From positions 1-22,516 of the forward strand of contig DASPSR010000012.1 in assembly GCA_035623825.1 (NCBI GenBank): a stretch of DNA of 22,516 nucleotides, written 5' to 3'. Positions 15,403 to 22,516 of the stretch are shown piece by piece (position 1 is the stretch's first letter; each line of letters opens with the position of its first letter). The translations under genes and the position numbers were made by a program. Under the pieces are notes generated by a model. It saw only the letters and a program-made list of their open reading frames with translations, was not told the DNA's origin and searched no databases. Source of the stretch: Nitrospirota bacterium. Lineage in GTDB: Bacteria; Nitrospirota; UBA9217.

Positions 15403-18141
15403 CTACTTTTTTGAGCCAGCAGGAACGAACACCGCGGCTTTTCCGTGCTGGAGCGCCTTTTGAGGATCGAGGAGCCCAAAGAGCTGGATTGTCTTGGCAA
15501 CGACTCCTGTCCATCCTGTCTGGTGGCTGGCGCCGAGGCCCGCGCCGTTATCCCCGTGGAAATACTCATAGAACAGGATGTGGTCGCGCCAGTGAGGATC
15601 GTTCTGGAACTTCTCGGTTCCGCCGTATACCGGCCGTCGGCCTCGAGCATCGCGTAAGAACATCCTGGTCAGACGATCCGCAATCTCCTTGCTCACCTCG
15701 AAGAGGTTCATCATCCTTCCGGAGCCAGTAGGGCATTCAATCTTGAAGTTATCGCCGTAGTAGAGGTAGAAGTTCAGGAGCGCCCGGATGATAAGGGCAT
15801 TCACAGGCATCCAGATCGGGCCGCGCCAGTTGGAATTGCCGCCGAACATCCCGGTGTTCGACTCCGCAGGCAGATAGTCCACCCGGTACTCCTGGCCTCC
15901 TGTATTGAACACGTAGGGGTTCCGCTCGTGGAACTTTGAGAGCGAACGGATGCCGTAGGGGCTCAAAAACTCGTTCTCATCCAGCATCCTCGAGAGGATC
16001 CGGCGGAGCCGCTCTGGATTGACCAGGGCAAAGATCCCCCTCTCGTCCACCCCCTGGTGACCCGGCCCCATGGGATGAACAGAAGACAGGAGTTTCGGCA
16101 TCTGGCGCATGCGCTGCGTGAACATCGCTGTTGCTCGCGGGACACGCTGCCTCTGCCACTCCTCAACCACGGTCGTAGCGCAGAGGGGCAGTAAGCCCAC
16201 CATGGAGCGCACCTTGAGCCGTGTGGCGCTACCGTCAGGAAGCCGCAGCAGGTCATAGTAGAATCCGTCCTCCTCGTCCCACATGCCGTCCTGGCCAGGC
16301 TGGTTCATGGCAGCGGCGATATAGAGGAAATGCTCAATGAACTTCGCAACCATGTCCTCGTACGTGCGGTCATAGGTGGCGAGTTCGACCGCGAGCTCGA
16401 GCATGTTCTGCGTGAAGAGGGCCATCCATGCCGTGCCGTCGGCCTGTTCAAGATGGCCTCCCGTTGGGAGCGGGGCGCTCCGGTCGAAGACTCCGATGTT
16501 GTCCAAGCCAAGGAATCCGCCTTCGAATACATTCTTGCCGAAGCGATCCTTCCTGTTCACCCACCAGGTGAAATTTAGCAGAAGCTTGTTGAAGGCCGAT
16601 TTAAGAAAGGCGACATCAACCTCTCCCCGTATGGCCTGTTCAGTGCGGTGCAGGAAGAGCGTGGCCCAGGCGTGGACCGGGGGATTCACATCGCTGAAGT
16701 TCCATTCGTACGCCGGGAGCTGGCCGCTCGGGTGCAGGTAGAGCCCGCGGAGCATCATTTCCATTTGGTCCTTGGCGAAGTCGGGGTCGACGATAGAGAT
16801 CGGAAGCGTGTGGAATGCGAGGTCCCAGGCGGCATACCAAGGGTACTCCCATTTATCGGGCATGGAGATGATGTCCTCGTTCACCATGTGGAACCACTCC
16901 CGGTTCCGGAACTGGCGTCCCTGATGGAGAGGATGAGCACTGTGTTCTTCGAGCCATTGATCGGCGTCCAGGTAGTAGAACTGTTTGGACCAGAGCATGC
17001 CGGCGATAGCCTGACGCATCACATTGGCCGCGTCCGGGGAAACAGACTGCGGGGTTACGGAGCGGTAAAATTCATCCGCCTCCAGCAAGCGAGTAGCGAA
17101 GACATCGTCAAAAGCTGCCCCGAAGGGCGAAGCATCGCCTTTGGTCTTTGCGCTCTGTTCGTCAGTGGCCTTGGTGAGGCGCAAGCGAACTTTCGCCGAC
17201 TGGCCGGGATCTACCTGCAACCGGTATTGAGCCGAAGCTTTCGTGCCTGTCCTGTCAGGGTTCACGGTATTCTGTTGACCGAGCACTACGTAGTTATTGA
17301 TCCCGTCCTTCACAAAGGGACTCGTATTCGGCGTGCCGAATATGCGCTCATAATTCGTTTCATTCTCAGTGAAGAGCAGCGGCACGTCGCCTTCGCAATA
17401 CAAATGGTACTTGCCAAGGACAGGATGTTCGACCATGATCATGCTCGTGCCGGCAGGTCCTTTGATCTGCTTAAGATTCGGTCTTTCGGACGGCATGGCT
17501 ATCCACTTCGCCCAGTCGTTGCGGAACCAGAGCGTCGGCAGCACTTGCAGTTCGGCAGTCTCAGGTCCCCTATTGGCCACCGTGATCTGTATCAGGATGT
17601 CCTCCGGGTCGTTCTTGGCATACTCCACGAAGACGTCGAAATATCGGTCACTATTAAAGGCTCCTGTGTCGATAAGCTCGTACTCCATTTCCTCGCGGGA
17701 GCGCCTCTTGTTTGTTTCCACAAGGTCCGCATATGGATAAGCAGCCTGGGGATATTTATACAGGTACTTCATATAGGAGTGGGTCGGAGTGCTGTCAAGG
17801 TAAAAGTAATATTCTTTCACGTCCTCACCGTGGTTTCCTTCGCTGTTCGTGAGACCGAAGAGGCGCTCCTTAAGGATCGGGTCTTTCCCGTTCCACAATG
17901 CAATGGCAAAGCAGAGCCGCTGATGGTCATCGGAGATGCCGGCCAGCCCGTCCTCACCCCATCGGTACGCACGGGAACGTGACTGATCGTGGGAGAAGTA
18001 ATTCCAGGCGTCACCGTTCTCGCTGAAGTCCTCGCGTACCGTGCCCCACTGCCGCTCGCTCAAGTACGGTCCCCATTTTTTCCAGGGAGCCTGGTCGTTG
18101 CGGGATGACTCAAGTCGATTTATTTCTTCGTTGTTCTTCAT
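15403..18141 (-). CDS. GH63 / MGH1-like glucosidase
   Basis: WGPYLSERQWGTVRED, MPDKWEYPWYAAWDLAFH, GGNSNWRGPIW and EYFHGDNGAGLGASHQTGWT motifs; GAGGAGG SD; start at 18141 or 18147. Confidence 0.92.
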   Translation of the reverse strand: MKNNEEINRLESSRNDQAPWKKWGPYLSERQWGTVREDFSENGDAWNYFSHDQSRSRAYRWGEDGLAGISDDHQRLCFAIALWNGKDPILKERLFGLTNSEGNHGEDVKEYYFYLDSTPTHSYMKYLYKYPQAAYPYADLVETNKRRSREEMEYELIDTGAFNSDRYFDVFVEYAKNDPEDILIQITVANRGPETAELQVLPTLWFRNDWAKWIAMPSERPNLKQIKGPAGTSMIMVEHPVLGKYHLYCEGDVPLLFTENETNYERIFGTPNTSPFVKDGINNYVVLGQQNTVNPDRTGTKASAQYRLQVDPGQSAKVRLRLTKATDEQSAKTKGDASPFGAAFDDVFATRLLEADEFYRSVTPQSVSPDAANVMRQAIAGMLWSKQFYYLDADQWLEEHSAHPLHQGRQFRNREWFHMVNEDIISMPDKWEYPWYAAWDLAFHTLPISIVDPDFAKDQMEMMLRGLYLHPSGQLPAYEWNFSDVNPPVHAWATLFLHRTEQAIRGEVDVAFLKSAFNKLLLNFTWWVNRKDRFGKNVFEGGFLGLDNIGVFDRSAPLPTGGHLEQADGTAWMALFTQNMLELAVELATYDRTYEDMVAKFIEHFLYIAAAMNQPGQDGMWDEEDGFYYDLLRLPDGSATRLKVRSMVGLLPLCATTVVEEWQRQRVPRATAMFTQRMRQMPKLLSSVHPMGPGHQGVDERGIFALVNPERLRRILSRMLDENEFLSPYGIRSLSKFHERNPYVFNTGGQEYRVDYLPAESNTGMFGGNSNWRGPIWMPVNALIIRALLNFYLYYGDNFKIECPTGSGRMMNLFEVSKEIADRLTRMFLRDARGRRPVYGGTEKFQNDPHWRDHILFYEYFHGDNGAGLGASHQTGWTGVVAKTIQLFGLLDPQKALQHGKAAVFVPAGSKK

Positions 18142-18233
18142 TATCATTCGCCTCCTCAATATTTACCGCCTTCAGGCCATGGCCACAATCACTCCACTAT
18201 GCAGCGCTGGTCCGAGAGTTCAACGATACTTCA

Positions 18234-18644
18234 CTATTTACCGGATTGAGGATACAGCCACTTGAATTTATTCAACGTTGAGATACATTCAGACGACAGA
18301 CTGACATAATTTACCTGCAGGCAATTTAACATCCCCAGGGGGTCTCCCTTTTCGATATTACAGCGTGAATCTATTTCCTTGGAGCATGCCGCTTTCAGAG
18401 CGTTTGCGTTTGACTTCACTCCTTCAGCCCAAGCCCTGCATGCCGAAGACATGCTGTTCTTGTTCTCTTCGTAGCAGCGAGCCAGGCGGCCGCCTCCCGG
18501 TGTAATATGGCCGCAGTATTGAGCAAAGTCCTTGGCGCATGGACTTGCCTCCTGCGCAAAAGCAGGCATCGAAAGCAAAAACAGAATTGGGATCGATATC
18601 ATCAAGACAATCACAATAGATACCGAATAGATATATATTTTCAT
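18234..18644 (-). CDS. Exported cysteine-rich repeat protein (GLG1/Cys_rich_FGFR-like)
   Basis: Signal peptide ending AFA; two C-x7-C-x12-C-x11-C repeats; PGGGRLARC motif. Confidence 0.82.
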   Translation of the reverse strand: MKIYIYSVSIVIVLMISIPILFLLSMPAFAQEASPCAKDFAQYCGHITPGGGRLARCYEENKNSMSSACRAWAEGVKSNANALKAACSKEIDSRCNIEKGDPLGMLNCLQVNYVSLSSECISTLNKFKWLYPQSGK

Positions 18645-18763
18645 GTGCCCCTCCCCATTTTGCCGCTATTTAATCCTGTCAATCCATGAATGATTGTCCT
18701 TTCTGATTCACATACAAGCGTATTGGTTGCAGCAGCCTAATTGGTTTTTACAAATCACATTAT

Positions 18764-19732
18764 TTAATTATCCAATATAAGTCGTTGAGACCAGTCGAGC
18801 AATAAGATGGCCTTCTGACGCAGTTCTGTCTCCTCGGTCCGCTCCAAGATGTGCAAAGCCAGCTCCTTTATATGGGCAGCTGCACGTGACTTAAGGGCCA
18901 TTGTAGCAACAGGACTCTTGGGAAAGAGATGGCCGCACGCCTCGGCGAAGATTTCCTCATCCATGGCATCTGCAAGTTCGAGGACCCATTCGCACGCCAT
19001 TTCCGGACGTGGCGAGGGATTTTTTTGCAGAAGCATTTCCACTTTTTTCAATGCATCCCGAACCTTGACCTGCATGCCGGCGAGTTTGTTAATCGTGCTC
19101 TTAGGCACATCCTTTTCATGCAGCTTATTCCGAAAAAAAGCAAGCAGATTAGCCAGGTTTCCTTCATTCAACGAACGATTGAGCCAAAACCCCATTTCCT
19201 CAGGGACTCCTTCGGTCGCATGTGCTAAATTAAGATAAAATTCAGAGGTTCGAGTCCTGAGTCCAATTGCCCTTTCTATGGCTTCCTGAAGCAGGTCCTT
19301 CGACCCTGTCCGGGGAAGCTTGGCATTTTCCAGCCAGTATTGGTAAAGGTTTGCCAAAGCCTCCAGAAGGCTCTTCGACTCAGGGACTTTGGGTATGTAA
19401 CTGCTGGCCCCTAGCGCATATGCATCGTTAATGATACTTTCGTTGTCCTTGTTTGAAAGCACAATGACCGGTGTCATGCGCCAAACGGGGTTCGTCTTTA
19501 CCTCGCGAATAACATCCAGTCCGGTCCCATCGCGAAGTTGCATGTCCGAGATTATCAGGCTCAAGGGTTCCTTTTTTTGCTCTCGCTCGTTAAGCACGTC
19601 AACCGCCGCGCTCACGGATTCCGCAGTGATTATGTCACCGTGAAAGCCAAAATGGTCGAATGCCGTTTTTACCAGTTGGGAAAGAAGAGTATCATCCTCT
19701 ACATGCAGGATCGTCGGGTCCCTTTTGTCCAT
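18764..19732 (-). CDS. Response regulator: receiver domain plus helical C-terminal domain
   Basis: HVEDD, IISDMQL (phosphoacceptor Asp), VIVLS and YIPK receiver motifs; GGGAGGT SD before ATG 19732. Confidence 0.88.
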   Translation of the reverse strand: MDKRDPTILHVEDDTLLSQLVKTAFDHFGFHGDIITAESVSAAVDVLNEREQKKEPLSLIISDMQLRDGTGLDVIREVKTNPVWRMTPVIVLSNKDNESIINDAYALGASSYIPKVPESKSLLEALANLYQYWLENAKLPRTGSKDLLQEAIERAIGLRTRTSEFYLNLAHATEGVPEEMGFWLNRSLNEGNLANLLAFFRNKLHEKDVPKSTINKLAGMQVKVRDALKKVEMLLQKNPSPRPEMACEWVLELADAMDEEIFAEACGHLFPKSPVATMALKSRAAAHIKELALHILERTEETELRQKAILLLDWSQRLILDN

Positions 19733-20188
19733 GTTCGTTGGCACCTCCCTCAATCTCGCATTATCCAGCGAGCACGGGGAAAAGTATTTTATGTCTATAG
19801 GATTACTGAATTACCCAATGATTTTACACTTTTTATTATTATAACTATATTTTCGGGTTCTTGCATGTTTCTCGCGGTCTCGATCAGTTCTTGGAACTGG
19901 GGGTACGCCTAATCGGACTCTCGAATCACCGTCTCTGGACATAATACTTTACATTTTTTAACTTTCCGATGGCTGAGAATCCAGCGGTCTAGATGCTGTC
20001 ATCCGGTTTTGCCTGGGCGCGCAGCACTTATCCATAGGGGCGATTTAGCTCTTTCGGATACCCGTGGTGCATAATACGTGGCGCTGAATTCGGCGGACCG
20101 ATCATGTCTAGATCTACATAGAGATATCATTATCTTCTAGGTATGAATGTCTCATTTAATCCTGAAAGAGGCTTCCTGGACGATTCTC

Positions 20189-20755
20189 TCATTTGACTGA
20201 CAAAGTGAGAGTCTGAGAATAGTCCACAACCAGCATGTCGCCCTTCCGGATCTCGTCAAAGCGTTTCACCTGTGGGCCGACTTTGTAGGTTGTCAGGAAG
20301 CCCTTGCGGTTCTTAAAGGTGATCATGCGAGTATCATAATTAATGGACTCGACCCTTGTCTTAAGCTTCCCCTCGATGCTTCGAGTACCTGACGGTTTTG
20401 CGCCCGGCACGGCGCTCGTCTGGGATTCCGTTCCTATGTTCATGGTATCCCCAGGACCGGGCTGGACCTCGACCGAGATCGTCTGGTGAATCATAACCGT
20501 CACTTCATCTCCTATTCTTACTCGTTCAAGATTCGCCACTTCCTCTCCCACCTGCACCGTTCTGACGCTCTCTTCCTCGTCCTTTAATGTGACCTTTCGA
20601 GCCTGATAGTCGATAGCGACGACCTTCTCCTTTGTAGTCTTAGCTTCGGTGACGGTGAAGCTCGGATTTCCGCCCTCACCTTGCGCCAAGATTCCTTGCG
20701 GAAGAGACACCATAAAGAGAACTAACGTGGTCCATATTGCAACTACAATTTTCAC
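20189..20755 (-). CDS. Exported protein with two tandem OB-fold-like repeats (paralog of 10605..11180)
   Basis: AAAGGAGGT SD with GTG start; signal peptide; same duplicated repeat ending VKRFDEIRKGD. Confidence 0.8.
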   Translation of the reverse strand: MKIVVAIWTTLVLFMVSLPQGILAQGEGGNPSFTVTEAKTTKEKVVAIDYQARKVTLKDEEESVRTVQVGEEVANLERVRIGDEVTVMIHQTISVEVQPGPGDTMNIGTESQTSAVPGAKPSGTRSIEGKLKTRVESINYDTRMITFKNRKGFLTTYKVGPQVKRFDEIRKGDMLVVDYSQTLTLSVK

Positions 20756-20856
20756 GTAATACCTCCTTTGATCTTGCCGATATGGTATTTATATCTGTCG
20801 CAGGCAGAACATGCCAGCCGGTACGCGACGCAAGCGATTTGCGATTCCATGCTCGG

Positions 20857-22044
20857 TCAAACCTTGACATCAGGCAATGACCTATCCAGAATGACATACC
20901 CAATGATCGCCGAAAGGAACGACCCGGTGAGAATTCCGATACGCTCATCCACGCTCTCGCCAAGAGTGCCAGGCTCGAAGGCAAGCGAACTTATGAAGAG
21001 GCTCATGGTGAACCCGATTCCGCACAGGATTGCCACACCGTACAATGTCTTCCATCCAACCGATTCCAGAGGGTGTGCAATGCCCATCTTAACTGCCAAA
21101 AAACTGAAAAGAAATACCCCCACCTGTTTACCTAGGAATAGGCCCGCAGCGATACCAAGCGGCAGCGGATAGAGGAGTGAAGACGACCGGACCCCTGCGA
21201 GTGATATCCCGGCATTAGCAAAGGCGAAGAGAGGCAGGATCCCGTAAGAGACCGTGGCATGCAGATCATTTTCCAGTTCGCGGAGCGGAGAGGAACCGTT
21301 TGCATCGCTCGTCCGGAGGGGAATGAAGAAAGCCAGGATGACGCCGGCAATCGTGGCGTGTATGCCCGATTTCAATACCGCGACCCAGAGGGCGATGCCT
21401 ATGATGATATACGGGGTCCTTTTCGATACGCCGAGGCGATTCAAAATGAAGAGAGATATGATCAAGACGCAGGCGAACAGGAGCGCCGCAATTGTCAGCT
21501 CCTCGGTGTAGAAGAACGCGATGATCAGGATGGCGCCTACGTCGTCGAAGATGGCGAGGGACGTCAGAAAGACCTTGAGGGAAACGGGTACACGGCTACC
21601 GAGCATGGCCATTACGCCGAGAGCGAAGGCGATGTCCGTAGCCGCGGGTATCGCCCACCCGCGCAAATACACAGCATCGCCATAGTTAATCGCAACGAAA
21701 ACGGCCACCGGCACAACCATCCCGCCTAAAGCGCCGAAAGCCGGCAGAGCAACCTGACGCAAGCTCGAGAGCTCACCCTCCAGGAATTCCCGCTTCAGCT
21801 CGAGGCCGATGAGGAAGAAGAAGATGGCCATCAGACCGTCGTTGATCCACAGCAGGGCGGGCTTGGCCACCTGTATGGAGCCCACGCGCATCTCGACGGG
21901 CGTATCAAGAAAGGCATTGTACAGAACCACCACAGGCGAGTTCGCCGCCACGAGAGCAAGTATCGTCGCTCCTATCAGCAATATACCTCCCGCCGATTCG
22001 AGTTTCAGGAACTCCTTAACTGAATCTGTCATCCTCTCGAACAT
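20857..22044 (-). CDS. nhaA: Na+/H+ antiporter NhaA
   Basis: WINDGLMAIFF, GLELKRE, ATDIAFA, LAIFDD, PLFAFANAG, GKQ and CGIGFTMSLFI motifs; AAAGGA SD before ATG 22044. Confidence 0.96.
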   Translation of the reverse strand: MFERMTDSVKEFLKLESAGGILLIGATILALVAANSPVVVLYNAFLDTPVEMRVGSIQVAKPALLWINDGLMAIFFFLIGLELKREFLEGELSSLRQVALPAFGALGGMVVPVAVFVAINYGDAVYLRGWAIPAATDIAFALGVMAMLGSRVPVSLKVFLTSLAIFDDVGAILIIAFFYTEELTIAALLFACVLIISLFILNRLGVSKRTPYIIIGIALWVAVLKSGIHATIAGVILAFFIPLRTSDANGSSPLRELENDLHATVSYGILPLFAFANAGISLAGVRSSSLLYPLPLGIAAGLFLGKQVGVFLFSFLAVKMGIAHPLESVGWKTLYGVAILCGIGFTMSLFISSLAFEPGTLGESVDERIGILTGSFLSAIIGYVILDRSLPDVKV

Positions 22045-22121
22045 AAGGAAAGTCCTTTCGTTATTCGAATCAGAATCCGGAAATGCTGATGCAAGACGAC
22101 TGACAGCTTTCGATCGCCCTG

Positions 22122-22516
22122 TCACATGCCCGCACCATGACATTCATGGCATAGCATCTCCTTCCACGCAGTACCGATGTCCACGGGATGGGGATATTTC
22201 ATGACCTGGAACACGGCACGGTCCGGTCTGCCGGCGCCCGCTTCCCCTGCCCGTTCGATCAGGAGATGACAGAGACTGCAGTCACGTGATAGGACCGTTC
22301 CGTCGTCGCTTCGGTGCTTTCCGTCATGACATCGGAAGCAGCCGGGCGAGAATCGGTGCCCCTGGTTGTTTGGAAAGTTTTTCCAGCTGACCTTCATGGA
22401 AGGGTCATAATTTCTGTCATAGGCGCGCTGAAGAGCTCCGATTGCATTAGAGATCGCTGCCTCCCTGTCCGAGGAAAGAGCTGGATATGTTGTCTTATAG
22501 AAATCCCTGATTGACG
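22122..22516 (-). CDS. C-terminus of an ImcH-like / NapC-NirT multiheme cytochrome c, 5' part beyond window edge
   Basis: Frame is open to the window edge: SIRDFYKTTYP...YDRNYDPSMKVSWKNFPNNQGHRFSPGCFRCHDGKH...CSLCH...HPVDIG...CHECH, with three CxxCH motifs. The NNxGH...PGCFRCHDG.H block matches ImcH-like proteins as recalled. Confidence 0.8.
   Translation of the reverse strand, partial: SIRDFYKTTYPALSSDREAAISNAIGALQRAYDRNYDPSMKVSWKNFPNNQGHRFSPGCFRCHDGKHRSDDGTVLSRDCSLCHLLIERAGEAGAGRPDRAVFQVMKYPHPVDIGTAWKEMLCHECHGAGM

Noticed and set aside
16648-17982. 444-aa plus-strand ORF
   Set aside because: Lies wholly antisense to the conserved GH63 gene; a typical shadow ORF of GC-biased codon usage.
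19760-20188. ~430-bp intergenic region as a possible ncRNA or riboswitch
   Set aside because: No recognisable aptamer consensus or strong stems by eye; an Rfam cmscan would be needed.
1-22516. CRISPR arrays, IS elements, tRNA/rRNA and defence systems
   Set aside because: No regularly spaced repeats, transposase or integrase motifs, or structural RNA signatures were seen. The patatin is an exported PlpD type, not a CBASS effector.

Overview
Bacterial genomic DNA, almost entirely minus-strand coding, probably from an anaerobe capable of extracellular electron transfer. Both edges carry truncated multiheme cytochrome genes that the ORF track missed or cut short. On the left (1..714) is an OmcS-family nanowire cytochrome that keeps the inter-subunit His16. 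On the right (22122..end) is the C-terminus of an ImcH-like NapC/NirT cytochrome. The omcS-like gene has a layered upstream region: candidate enhancer sites, an IHF site, a sigma54 promoter, a ~280-nt leader with a possible uORF, and a GEMM-I riboswitch with the A20 signature of 3',3'-cGAMP sensing whose 5' strand can sequester the Shine-Dalgarno. Between the cytochromes is a ~20-kb run of mostly uncharacterised envelope genes: five beta-barrels including a PlpD-type patatin autotransporter, an orphan TAXI protein, a permuted papain-like enzyme, META, DUF4136, two OB-fold paralogs and a Cys-rich repeat protein. The run also holds a cytoplasmic GH63/GH13 pair, a response regulator with an apparently degenerate ferritin-like domain, and nhaA. 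No rRNA, tRNA, CRISPR array or transposase was seen. Family calls come from motif recognition, not database searches.
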